Notes: generated by a model from the letters alone, not told the origin. Positions 12,161-25,592 are shown, numbered from the stretch's first letter. The stretch is DNA of 64,000 bases from Callorhinchus milii (GCF_018977255.1 NW_024704742.1:116934001-116998000); one strand, 5' to 3'. A program made the numbers and translations.

Positions 12161-12859
12161 GTAAGAGCAAATATCAGAAATACATAGCAGAGGGAGAAAT
12201 TCTGGGTTGTCAAATAGAACGTTTACCTTTCCATTTTAAAAATAATTCCTCCTTAGAATTCTCTCCCCTGCATTTTATCCCATTCCCTAAAACCACAATG
12301 CTATTTCCTAACATCTGTTCCAACACTAAAATCTCTACCCTATTTTTGAAATGCTAGTTTCTAAAACCTCAGCCTCTCCTCTTAAACCTACTCCATCCCC
12401 AAATTCTCCATTCCATCCTTAAAATCTCTGCTTCATTTGCTCAAATCTCTTGCATGCTTTAAAATATCCCACTTAAGCAGCTCAGGGAATGATAAATGGA
12501 ATGAATCTCAGCATCTTTACTGGCTCCAATATCTCAGCAATGAGCTTTCAGCAAATGAACAGTTAGGGGTCCTGGCTTCTGATTTTGCCAGCCAGTCATG
12601 ACAACTTCAGGCCTGCTACATGTGCTTTGACCCCTAAGACCACCATCAACGGCCAAGCCTTCAGCCACGATGTCCCAACCCTCTGGAACTCCCTTACTAT
12701 ATCCATCTGCCTCACTCCATTTTTATTAATCTTCAAAAATCTCCAGAAAAACCTATCTCTTCAATTGTGCCTCAGTCATCTTCCTACTCCACTCCCCTCC
12801 CTCCTTGGTGTCTATGTATTGTGCATTGAGGCGTTACCCAATGTGGAAGGCATTATATA

Positions 12860-12966
12860 CAGAGTGACCAAATAGTCATGATATCTACCCTATTATCTAA
12901 AAAAAACGTCATTTCTTTAAGACTTATTAGACATTGTAATGGTATCACACTTTTTTGGTCACCCTG
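12860..12966. mobile_element. 107-bp Tc1/mariner-type MITE
   Basis: TA|CAGAGTGACCAAA...TTTGGTCACCCTG|TA; imperfect TIRs of about 25 bp. Confidence 0.75.
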
Positions 12967-14718
12967 TAGATATAAATAGATGTCACATTGCCTCTTGAAG
13001 TTGGTTTCATTTGAATCCCATCCTAGGCTTAATTGTGTCTAAAATCCTTCTTTTCTGTACTGGGTAAACTTAACCCATTATTTAAATACATTTTCATCAA
13101 CCCTTTATGTGCCACAGCTCATTTAAAAACAGTAGACACCTCTGAATTGATTTGCATCTATTTATATGTGTAAATTTATTCATATGGTCTCTTGTGCCAG
13201 ACAGTTTCAATCAAAATTCGCGTTGATCTCTGATCTGACAATTGGGCGACAGAATTTATTTTTGTACAGCAATAAAATCAGCTGGGAACTCAAGCATTTC
13301 CCTGTTTGATATTTCAGGGCATTTAAGAACTGGTTCTAACCACTTTTGAGGTACCCTGAGTGTACAGGTGTCTGGATCCCATCCTTTTAAATTGCAAGTG
13401 GAATCCAAATCCAAGGAGAAACATATAACTGTGCAAGTGCAAACTGACACTTGCAGTTATTTCCAAGCTGCAATTTCAGAAGCTCCCCACTGACCTTCCC
13501 CTGATGTCTGGGGAGGTCCCTGACAAGCTGTCAAGGCAGCTTTGTCAGAGCAGCCTCCAGCCCCCAGGTGCTGTTACCTCTAGAGGTGAGAGGCATTGGT
13601 TTCTCATGAGTTAACAATGTTTGTTTATATTGTAGGTATTGGACTGTAGCTTGAGCGTCTGTTATTTGTTTCAACACATTATGATGCCCAAATATTAAAG
13701 GAATGTAAGAACAGCACTTTGGTCATTTGATCTAACTAGCCCACACCAAATTGGATTTATATCAGCTCTTTCAAATCAATTTCCCCTCCTTTCTCTATAC
13801 CACTTAATATCCTTATGTACCAAATGTTTATCTGTCACTCTCTTGAAATCTTCAATGACAAATTGGTCACTCAATCCACAACCGTTTGTGGGACACTGCT
13901 TTGTGCAATTGGCTGCCATGTTTCGCCCATAAAATTTGCAGTCAGTTCACTTACAGTAGATTCTGTGTAGCACTTTGAGGCGTCTCAAAGGCGTGATTTC
14001 ACCCACAAAATATACAGTCGATTCACTTTACCGTATATTCTGTGAAGCTCTTTGAGACATCTCAGCAATGTGATAAGGCACTATATCAAATACAAGGATT
14101 GTTATTATGTTCTGGATCTGGACACATTATGAACAATGATTTACCTCTAGCCTGCCTCTGTGGCCTTCTTCAGCAACACCATCTCGGCTTCTCCCTTTGC
14201 TCAGCGAAAATTGGCTTCTTCGTGTCCCCTGTCCAATCTGCCATCATCAGCCACCCTCGCTCTCTTGAATTCCATCTCGGAATCCCGCCAACTTGTTCCC
14301 ACCCTCCTTTCGTTCAAGGCCCATCTCAAAACTTACCTATTTAACCACATGTTCGGTCATCTTTCCCCTCCGCACCCCCTCGCCTCCCACCCCCAGCTTG
14401 GATGCCTAGCCAGTATTGTCAAGTGCTTTGAGACTTTATCCTGACATGAAAAGTGCTATAGAAATGAAATAAATACATTTGAAGGGTATGGGAGAGAATG
14501 AGGTGTGGGAGGAGACTCATGTGGAGTATGAAGAGCTGCCTGGACTAGTTGGACCGAATGGCCTGTTTCAAAGCTGTACATTCTATGTAAATCTATATAT
14601 ATATATGTAAATTAAACAATCTACTTATTATTATAGAGATTCCAGCACAGAAGGAAGCTATTCAGACTGTTGTGCCTGTGCCATTGCTAACTCCCCTACT
14701 GATGCTATCTATTCTAAT

Positions 14719-14883
14719 TTAAACACAGAAGTTGCTGGGAACACACAACAGATCAGGCAGTGTCCATGGAGAAAGGAAAATTAGTCATTTTCCTCTCTCC
14801 ATGGATGCTACCTGACCTGTTGCGTGTTCCCAGCGACTTCTGTGTTTATACCAGATTTCCAGCATCTGCAGTACTTTGGGTTT
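14719..14883. mobile_element. Palindromic short element with 16-bp TSD
   Basis: 61-bp inverted arms; flanked by TGCTATCTATTCTAAT at 14703-14718 and 14884-14899. Confidence 0.8.
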
Positions 14884-15399
14884 TGCTATCTATTCTAATC
14901 TATTTTTCCTGTTCTTTCCCTGCACCCTTCTTTGAGCATTGATTTAATTCCTTGTTCAAGGTATTTCCAATCACTGTGTATTTGAATGATTGTGATAAAC
15001 CACCATGGAAATTCAACCACAGAATAAAAATCTCTTGAGCTTTACATTATAGATCTACAACCCAGATTGCAAGTCACTCTTCGCATCTGGTTCTAGAGAG
15101 CCACAAATGTGGGAAATGCACTGGAGCATGCAAATGTGCTGTTCTACCGAAAGGTCACACGCATGTGAATTTTCTATTGTAGTTATATTCTTCCTCGTTC
15201 TTTAATTGTGGATCAAAGAACTACAAAATGCTACAGGTTACAAACATGGAGTTCCCCTTTTGTGCATTTAACTTTTTTGTTGTAGTTACCTTCCCAGTCT
15301 CTGTGATGCCTCATTTAGTACAATAGAGGTATGCTCATGGAATTAGGTCTGACAGGCAGGACTTGAACTAATAATAATAGGTCTGCATTGGCAAAGTTG

Positions 15400-15672
15400 T
15401 TGTTAAACTGAGGTCCCGTCAGCTTGTTCAGGTGGTTATTAAAGATCCCATGGGACTATTCAAAAAGAGAGGGAGTTTCTCTGGATGTCCTGGCCAATAA
15501 TCCCCTAAATAAAATTGGTGACTCGTTCCATGGAGGTATGTGTGCAAATTGGCTGTGCGTTCATCCATAAAAGACATTGTCACCGCATTTTACAGCATAT
15601 CCTATGAAGCGTTAAAGACATCTTCCCCTGATGTGAAAGGCGCTATACCAAATGTGAGGATTAACGTTGTTA
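15400..15672 (+). mobile_element. Older Deu-domain SINE relic (relatives at about 1-100, 18900-19230, 22250-22525, 26725-27050, 45985-46215, 54095-54370)
   Basis: AAACTGAGGTCCCGTC...GTTCAGGTGG..TAAAGATCCCATGG.ACTATT...TCCTGGCCAA block typical of DeuSINEs. Confidence 0.7.
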
Positions 15673-15830
15673 TCATAGAATATGACCCATTAAATATACT
15701 TGTTTCCATCAAGTATCATGCCCCAAAGTTTGGGCATTTTAATGTGCAGAAAATAGTCAACAGGAGTTTAGTCACAAGCCAATAACCTTCATATAAGTGG
15801 ATGTGTTAAGGCTGGGGACTGCCTGTGTAA

Positions 15831-16031
<201 letters not shown>

Positions 16032-16709
16032 TGAAGAATGTGCAAGTCTAGAACTTTAAAATGTGGCATAATGTATGTGACTCTGTCCTTAAGACAACTG
16101 AACATAATTAGAAATAAGCTGTTAAAATTCATTTGTATCCATGTTCATCTAACCAGCACTGCTCGTGAATGAAGTCGGCATCCCAATTACTTTAATGTTT
16201 ATAGAATATGCTACATTCATACGCTATGTTCACCCACAAATTATACAGTTACTCCACTTTACAATATATCCCGTGAAGCACTTTGGGATGTCCTTGTGAC
16301 GTGAAATGTGCTATACCAAATGTAAAGATTATTATTGTTATTATTATTATTTCCATTGCAGTATCAAGTTGTTTTTAAATGAGTCTAGTGTCCTGAGATT
16401 AAATGGATGGGTAAAATTCATGACAAGGAACAGCAGTAGGCTATTTATATTCCTTGCATTTGATAGAGTGCCTTATCAAGTCATTGAGACTTCTCAAAGC
16501 GCTTCACAGGAAATACTGTAAAGTGAATTGACAAATGAGTTGCACCATTTTATGAGAACATGGCAGGTCTTTTAATCACATTTCGCAGTCTTTTCTCCAA
16601 ACCATTTAATATCCTTACTTCCCAAATATCTTATCTAGCATCCTTTTAAACATTCAATTAACTCTGTATCTGTGGCCTCTGGGGCAGATTGTGGAGTAGT
16701 GGGTCAGCA

Positions 16710-17887
16710 CCTTGCATGTTGGAGAACGTCCCAAGGTGGGGATTGGGGAAAGTGGAGAGCTGGGGGGAAGCAGGGTGATTGAAAGCACGATCAAAGAGGA
16801 GAGTCTTGAGACAGGTCTTGAAGAAGGCAAGGGAGGGGGTGAGGCAGACGGACTGTGGGGTGGAGTTCTAAAGGTTGGGGGTGGGTGAGGCAGGCTGGAG
16901 CCTGCTGAGCGGAGGGAGCAGGCAAGTTGGTAGGGGGTTAGAAGGTCGCAGAGCTAGTGGAGAGCAAGGCCATGGAGGGCTTTGAAGGTGAGGAACAGGA
17001 TCTTGAACTGTATCCTCTGTGTGATGGGAAGCCAGTGGAGTTGGGCAAGGATGGGGTCACGGAGCCTGGTGCGGGAGAGGACATGGGCTGCAGAGTTCTG
17101 GATGATCTGCAGCCTATGGAGGGAGGAGTTGAGGAGGTCAACAAGCAGGGAGTTTGTGTAGTCAAGCCTGGATGTTATGATTGCGTGTTTGAAGGTTTTG
17201 GCGGCCTGCGGCGTGAGACAGTGGTGGAGCCCGGACATGGGGGAAGGCAGAGCGGATCATGGCATAGATGTGGGGGAGAAAGGATAGTTGAGGGTCAAAC
17301 AACACTCCAAGGTTCCGGACTGACTCAATAAGGTGGAGTGTGCATTCTTGGATGGTGATGCTGTCAACGCCTGAGGTGTCCAGGCGCTGACGGGAGCCAC
17401 TCAGGAGAGCCTCGGCCTTGTTGACGTTCAACTGTAGAAAGTTAGCTCTCATCCAGGACTTCATATCCGACAGCCATTCTGTCAGGACAGCTGTGGTCCT
17501 GGAGTCAAGGGTGGAGGCAGAGAGGTAGAGTTGGGTGTCATCCGCATACATGTGGAAGTTGACCCCATGTCTGCAGATGATGTCACCAAGGGGGAGCATA
17601 TAGTTATTGAAGAGGAGGGGACCAAGAACAGAGCCCTGAGGAACACTGCAAGAGATGGTGCGGGGGCTGGAGGAGAAGCTGTTTGTGGAGATGAAGGGGA
17701 GACAATATGAGAGGTAGGATCAGAACCATTCATGGACAGAACCATGAGCTTGAGGTGAGAGGAGAGGCGGTGGAGGAGGATGGAATGGTCAACGGTATTG
17801 AAGGCAGCAGAGAGGTCAAGGAGGATGAGGAGGCAGAGGGAGCACTGGTTGCAGATGGACAAAGTGTCATTTGTCACTTTGACCAAA
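16710..17887 (-). mobile_element. L2 LINE RT and 3' fragment, frameshifted
   Basis: ORFs with [40 protein letters not shown]. Confidence 0.93.
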
Positions 17888-19929
17888 GCTTTTTATGTTT
17901 TAAAATGGATAAAAATATTCACTTACTTCTCACTTCTCCCTCTCTAAAAGGAGGATGGATGTTTTGGTGCTGTAGGCTCTATATTAAAAGCAAGAATTAC
18001 CATTAATTTATCCCACTCGTCAGAGGTACCTACAAGGATGTTTGTGCCTCTGGTGTTGGAGAGTGACTATCTCCTTTAATTTTTGAATAAATCTTTTGTC
18101 TAATGACTGACCTTTGAGTGTACTCTTCATGATTCATGGATTAGTCCCACTGAGCTCTTGCTTGCAATTCATTCCAGTTCAGCAGGATTAGCATTTTACA
18201 CCTCGTGAATTATTAGAGGAGTTCTTACCTCTTATATTCAGTGGAACTGTTGTTTGTGCATAGGGGTGTGTTTAAAAGAACAAACAAAGCAGTGATTACT
18301 CAATCCTTCTGCATTCTTTTGTTATGAGACAAGAACAGATTTCAAAGAGCTGGGCTAGTTGCCAATGGCGCAATTTTCTCATTTCACCTTTGCTTTGCTT
18401 TTAAAGTGAAACGCCTGCACTATTTTAAAGATTACATTCACCTCTGTCAACCCAGTTATCTTAATTTATAATCTCTTTATGCAAACTCACCCTTAAAGTT
18501 CAGAAGAATTGCCTAATTATCTCATTCTTTGCAGGATGTTTCTGGAACATTTAACTGTTGGGTTTGCCTTCAATAAAAACATTCACTTTATTATTTCTAA
18601 TTTACTTTTATGTGATGGCTGCATTTTTGATTCACAAAGTTTCATTATTTTCATCAAGAATCATGTAAGAAGTTCAGGGTCAGTAGTTACTTCATGGACC
18701 CATCAATATTATGGATTACAAGTAGATACAAAGGGCATATTTGCCTTACACAAGTACAAAGGAGAACAAAAGTAAAGCTTTGCTACATTTCCCTCATGTG
18801 GCATGAATTAGCAACTACAGCACATGGAACAGCACTGGACAGAGCCAATGATATTGATCCATCTCTTGATCAACCCCTTTTTCTAATTAATACCAAAAAT
18901 AATAAACCTTGCAGTTGATATAGCACCCATCACTTCAGGAAGACATCTCTCAAAATACTATAAAGTGGAATTACTATATCCTGTAGGCAAACACGGCAGC
19001 CAATTTGTGCAGAGCAATGTCCCACAAACCTCCATGGAGTGAATGAGCAATTGAATCTGGGGGATTGTTGACCGGGATACCAGGAAAACCCCCTGTCTCT
19101 TTTCAAATAGTGCCACGAGATCTTTAACATCCCCTGAATAGGCAAACAGAATCTCGCATTTTAGCATCTCAGCGAAGAACATTACCATGCTCCCCCCGCG
19201 CTGCACTGCTGTGTCAGCCTAAACTATACAGCATTATGGAATATTTGTAAATTCAAATGGAATTTGGAAGCTGGTTTTCTGAAGTTCTTAAGGAGCAATT
19301 GGGATTAAAAATATAAAGCATTTCCACCATCCGATAAAACTGCAGAGCAAGCTCAGTTGGCCAAACAATCTCCTTCTGTTCCCAGGTAACCCAAAAGCAC
19401 GGCCCCTATCACTTTTCAACTTCTCTCTGAAGTTCTATAGCTCACATTTTGGTTAAGCATGGGTTCATCTTACACAAGCAAATACGATCTTGTCTATCTC
19501 AGTTGCTATGCACGCCTTTTTTCAAGGTGTAACTCTATAGTCTACACTCCCTTGGACAACAAAGCTTGTTTATTTACTGGAGTCCAGGCAACTACGATAA
19601 CACATTACAAATTTAAATACAAAATACCATCTTCCAAATATGTTTCATCACAGTTACATGGGCACTGCTGGTTTATGCTGATGTTAATGGTATACAAATT
19701 GTGGAAATTGCACCAGCTTCCTGTAAACCTTCCCGTGCTATAAAAATAGCCAACTTCTGGGTCACCAGATTACTTCTGGTGTCACTTCCTACAGGCTGCA
19801 CATGCACAGCATGCAGGAAGTGGTATTTGCATTAACCTGTTAATCTGGACATTGACCATTTTTTAGTGTGCAGGAAGCCAGCTGGTCTCCACAGGGCACC
19901 AGTCTTAAATATGAAGCAACATCATAAGG

Positions 19930-19980
19930 GCTTCTCGGCCTTTTGTCTAAGATCAAGTGTAGCATCTGTTCTTATCAGTT
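19930..19980 (+). pseudogene. 3'-truncated U2 snRNA copy (U2 nt about 4-54)
   Basis: GCTTCTCGGCCTTTTGtCTAAGATCAAGTGTAGcATCTGTTCTTATCAGTT equals the U2 5' end with 2 substitutions; no Sm site or 3' half. Confidence 0.92.
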
Positions 19981-20843
19981 ATTCCTTGGGCAGTGAACCT
20001 GCAGAAAAATCTTTTGAAGTTTGCATATATATTACAAGGCCATGACTGAACTTCCCCATAATGCATTATGCGAAGCGCTTTGAGACGTCTCGAAGACGTG
20101 ATAAGGTGCCATATCAAATGCAAGGATTATGGTTATTATTATCATTGTGAAAGGATGAGCTCCTGTCAGGAACCTGTGCCTTCAGCTCTCTGGTGACTGG
20201 GATCAGTATTGTAGTACTCACATCTGAAAAGTTTGATCCACCCTCAGGAGAGGAGATACTGGTATATGGAACTAGCTTGAGCACTTGATCACAAGGCTGA
20301 GGCCAGACTTGCCAGGGCTGGAGAGGTGATCTGGTCACTTGATCCAGTTTCGGGTGAAGATAAGTGCCAGATTTGCATCGTCCTGTGACGATTTGCGACG
20401 TGTGTGTGTGTGTAAAAACGTTATAAAGGGGCACCATAGAATAAGGTTCCACGTTGAATATTCCTTTCACTCTCATGTAATAATTTTAACATTAGCATTA
20501 AAATAACTATCAATATTAACAACAATAACAAAATTACATTTGTAAAGCGCCTTTGATGTCGTGAGGACGTCCCAAGGCGCTGAACAGTCAGGGATCAGGA
20601 CCGAGCGTGGGGGGCAGGGTTGGATGAGTGAGAGCAGAGGAGGTAGGAGGGCAGCTGAAGGCACGGTCAAAAAGGATGGTCTTGAGTCGTAATATAATAT
20701 ATATCCAATAAATATTAATTAATAAGATTACATTTCCAATACCATTATTAACATTGTTAACATTTATCTTAAAGTATGAGATTGGAAATGAACCCTAGCA
20801 CACTGAGCTGGTAAAATCACGCACAAATCTTTTCTTTTTACAG

Positions 20844-20902
20844 ATAAGATCAGAAAAGAAATCAACGGAGCAGAAACATCACAGAGATGTATAGTTTCCT
20901 GA
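20844..20902 (+). CDS. ANKDD1B: Terminal coding exon DKIRKEINGAETSQRCIVS*
   Basis: Strong acceptor tcttttctttttacag; phase 1 fits the previous exon; TGA at 20900-20902. Confidence 0.8.
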
Positions 20903-22529
20903 AGTTTACAGAATTCATAGCCTCAGTCAGATGTTCATCAGATTCAGAAAAAGATTGAAGAAATGCTGTGAGTGCCGCAGTCAAGATACCAGAGATCCTC
21001 ATACCCAACCCTGAAGGTGAACTGAATGCAACAATTCACGCGCATTAATTACTCTAGCTGTTTAACTGTAGGGAATGACGGCACTTTGCATCTGATGAAA
21101 GCTTAGGAACAGAGTTTAAAATTTCTGCAGTTTTTCGATAAATGCCTCCCATAGGCATTCATGAATTTTCACTAGTATTGTTACTATATCGAAAGTAGGA
21201 AATCCTGAAAAAAAAGAGAATGTACATTTTAAAATAGGGCTCCATTCAATGTCTTATAACAATAACCTAAATGTGAGAGTAAACTACTGAAGTGGGTTTT
21301 GAAAGACTGAGAATTGATGGTTAGAACAAGCCATGAAGAGGTTGTGGGTGATGCGCAAATTTCATTACACATCACCCACATAGGCTATGCTGGTTTATAC
21401 TCAAGCTAAAGGTATACAAATTGTGGACACCACAGTCAAATCTAGTCATAAGCCAGTATAAGTGCCATAAAATCCCAACCCACCTAATAACTGAGAGACA
21501 GCTGCTACATTCATTGAACGTAAGCAGGTAGCTTCTTGTGTGCTTCCTGCAGATTCATCATGGAGTCAAATCCTGAGTCTCATCATGGCAAGATCAAATC
21601 TAATGGGAAAGTGCATCATCAAATTTACATTCAACAATTTAGTAATCCCCATTCTCTTCCCTTCAGTAAAGATTTAATAAGACCATCTGGAATAGATAAT
21701 CAGCATTTTTTTTGTGGTTGCAATTTCAAAATCTCTGAAATTGACATTTCGTACTAGTAACATTTGAAGTGATATTACCAGCGTTTGAAATGCCATCCGC
21801 TCCAGTCTGCTTGGCTGGGATTTAAAATTCTTTCAAGCCCCTTGAATAAAAATGTCACACCGTGCTGCAGCTACTTGTCAGAGGAAGCTTTTATAACTGA
21901 TTAATTAATAGCGTGTATACATGCTGTCTTGCTTCAGATCTTTCTCCCTCCAGCTCCAAGTTCGATCAAATTGGTGGTGCAGTGCTTTTAAACACATAAG
22001 GACAGAATGTTTTTTCACACTTCCAGATGTGGATTATGCAGCTAAAATAAAAAAAGTTATATTTGTTATCACTACTGGTGTGTGAGCCATAAATAGTGGA
22101 AAGCACACCACAAAAAACTCTTATATACTATTTAGTTTTGTTTTCATATCTATGAATCAAACAAAACAACAACAAATTGCATTTATATGTAATGTCTTGG
22201 CTCCTACCATAAAGTCCTACTTCTGGACTTTGAACTCATAGTTGATATTCTAGTGCTGTGCGAATGCATTGTTGGAGGTCTTTTGGATGAGACGGTAAAC
22301 TGAGGTCCAGTCCGCTTGTTCAGGTGGACGTTAAATATCCCATGGCACTATTGGAAAAAAGGAAATTTCTCCCTTTGTCTTGGCCAAAGATTCCTCAATA
22401 AAATTGGTGATTCACTGCTTTGATATTTTTGGGACATTGCTGTGTGCAAATTGTCTGCTATGTTTGTTTACTAAGTACAGTTACTACACTTTACAGTGAA
22501 TCCTGTGAAGCATTTTGAGATGTCTCTGT

Positions 22530-22886
22530 GTCCTTTACGGCCTTGCCCCTTCCTACTTATGTGACCTACTAACCCCACATCAACCTGTCTGCTTCTTCCG
22601 CTCAGCAGTCTTAAACCTGCTCCATGTCCCCCACCTGGCCCACCCCACAATCGGCGGACGGGCCTTCAGCCTCTCTGCCCCCAACCTTTGGAACTCCATC
22701 CCACATTCCCTTGGTCTTGCTCCCTCCCTTGTCTCCTTCAGGGCACGCTTCAAGACCCTCCTCTTTGATCGTGCCTTCGGCCACTCTCTTACTCTCCTTC
22801 CCCCCCACTCAGGTCCAAACCCCTGACTGTCCAGCGGCTTGGGAGGTCCTCCTGACGTGAGAGGCGCTATACAAATGTGATTTTGT
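22530..22886 (+). mobile_element. L2 3' fragment inserted into the tail of an older SINE
   Basis: GLAPSYL...GGRAFS.SAP.LWNS; the SINE tail resumes at about 22900. Confidence 0.85.
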
Positions 22887-25451
22887 AATATATTCTGTAT
22901 CCTGACATGAAAGGTGCAATACCATATGGAAGGATTTTTTTCATATATTGGCACAGCAATCCATGATAATGTTGATAACTGACCAGGCAATCTAGAGTTG
23001 TGGCAACTCACAAAAACAAAGCTCTAACGCGTGGAGCTAGATGTACAAGAACTAAATATACCTTTATATGGAGTTATATTTTAAACCTCTTGTTTAAAAT
23101 TTATTGAATTTGTAAGATTTGCAAAATAAATTCTAATGTAAACCAGAATATTTATGCTCTGTTAAGACTTCTTATTTGTATCTTTTCACCAGTAAAAAAT
23201 TTATTCAATACATGTTGTCCAGATTTGTGCCAAAACTATGTTGAGTGTGAGTTATTTGTAAATATGCACAATGTAGATATTCTTAATAGTGGAAGAGTTG
23301 TTTTTCTATAGTGTAATAAATCATTAAAAAAACAAAGTGGACTCTTTTGTAATAATAATTTTTAATTAAGTTAAATATTTGTAATACAAAAGTTTAAAAA
23401 TGTATTATATGTACATAACACACATGGTTTATACAAAATTAATTTAGAATTGCAACTTCATACCAAACTACTTTTATCTTTTGTAAAAATAAAAAGTCAA
23501 TGTCAGTTTGATACGGTTTTAAAATTGCACAAACCAAAAATTGGAACTTCAAACCACAAAAAAAATTGGAAAATAATGTAAAATAAGGAAATGCATTAAA
23601 AAAAAGATCAGGTTGGCCAGCATTTAAAAGAAAAAGGTAGCTTAACATTTTGGGTTTGAACCTTCATGAGAACACAATCAGATTGACTTGCTCTGCATTT
23701 CCACCATTTCCTGCTTTCATTTCAGAGATGCAGCATTCAATGTTATTATTAAGTTGCACGAAAGCAATGTAAACAAGCAGATCTTTATGAAACTGCATAT
23801 TACAAATTTTTGGTGACCATCTAAGACATGATTTAGCGTGGAGTCAGTAGTTCTGTGCCACACAGCAGGATGTTTAAAATAGACATCAGAATAACACTGG
23901 ATTCAAATAGTTGCACTAGATTTTACACCATAGGTCAAGGGATAGAAAAATACATAAGATTGTGCATAGCTTCATATTTAACACCATCTTTTTAAAAAAA
24001 TCATACGGGATGAAAATTCAACTCAAAGAATCAAAATGAACAACATTCTCAAAATAATCCTGAAAAATGACAAAAAAAGGTGCAAGTGATTAGGTTTCTG
24101 AAGCAACATTTGTATTCCTTCCTGCATCACACAGTACATCTCCCAATACCCGCTCTCCGATTTTTGCTTGTGTTGTTCTTGAATGAATTACAAGGAGTTT
24201 TCTACATGGAAGTGTTTGAGGTACAACTCATTAACAGAATCAAGATTGAAAATCTTTTGCACCTGTGTAAACTGGAGGCAGAATCTCATATTCCTCCAAT
24301 ATGTGGCACACAATTCTTTTGTGATTTGGGAGAGTCAGTGATTAGGAGATGGAATGTGAAAGTTTTGACCTGTTTTCAAGATAACCCAATTATTCAGCAT
24401 TACATTTCTGTTACTAAAGGCTGAATTCTATACAAGGCCTTCAAACTATTTAATAATATTTAAGTCAAGTACAAGAGGGTAATTATCTGGATATTTGAGA
24501 TTGCTTCTTAAGTCACTGGGTGGTAACTCTATAGTACAGGAGAAGACTCATGAAGGTACAAACAATATGGGACAAGTACCTTAACAATGACTGAGTGTAT
24601 TGTAACATCTTCTTTCACTGGGCAGGAGTGAGGAAAGGTGGGGGAAAAACACATAACCTGAAGTACTCATAGGTCATTACATTTCTGCATAAACTACACA
24701 ATAATTTTTAAACTTATGTATTTGATGATTGTTCTGATCCAATTCCAATTTCATTGTAGCCTGACAAAGGATTTAGAAAAATGGCACAACATTATTGAAG
24801 CTAGTTTGCATTTAACAAATAGCCGATGGGGTAAACAGAATATATACTGAGGAAGTTTTAAGCATAAGGCCACTTACGTGTATAACTTATATGACCCACT
24901 GCTAGGCCATCAATTATAGGATGACTGGGAAAAATGACAATTTCCTGCAAGATTTTTTTGTATCACAATCTAAGAATATTATTCCCTCACAAAGTTTTAG
25001 TGTAAGATCATTGCGGACACATCAGGAACTTTGAAATTGTTGCTCATTTACACTATTGATCGTACAGAAAACTTGCTCAATTACTGTGGGATCTGATACA
25101 TGCATTACACCTTCACTTAGATTTTCATGAGATCCAAACTTTGTTGTTGGAGGGGAGGTGCAGCACTTAGTCAGAATGATGGTTTACCATTTCAACAGAG
25201 GAGTTGCAGGATCCACTTTCCCCATCGTTTGCTTATAAAATATTTCCATCAATCCCCAAATGATCTGGAAATCCCTTGTAAATTTGCTATTCCTGAGTTG
25301 TGCAATTCACATTAATTTAATCGTAGCATTTCGTAATTTAACATACAGTTCCTTAGTCGTCGTAATATGGTAGAACCATGCATTGCACAGTTCTTTAATT
25401 TATATCCTCCATGTGTTTCATTCCGAGCTTCCAGCTGATTGTTTCAAGCAT

Positions 25452-25592
25452 TCAGTCCACAACTTTTATTGATTGGATACCATAGCTGCTCGTGGAAGAT
25501 TTTCCACTCTGTATGATCACCTTCCCACCACTACCTGAAGGGGGCTGGATGGATCGAGGATACTTGGCTGCAGTGGCTTGACCAATGGTTTG
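25452..25592 (-). CDS. POC5: POC5 last coding exon QTIGQATAAKYPRSIQPPSGSGGKVIIQSGKSSTSSYGIQSIKVVD*
   Basis: ctcctccag|CAA; 141 nt including TGA; QATAAKYPR and SIKVVD motifs. Confidence 0.95.
   Translation of the reverse strand, partial: QTIGQATAAKYPRSIQPPSGSGGKVIIQSGKSSTSSYGIQSIKVVD

Noticed and set aside
16938..17886. Reverse transcriptase motifs (YADD) suggesting an active or novel RT system
   Set aside because: Frameshifted, 5'-truncated L2 copy; ordinary LINE relic, as at 32095-33125
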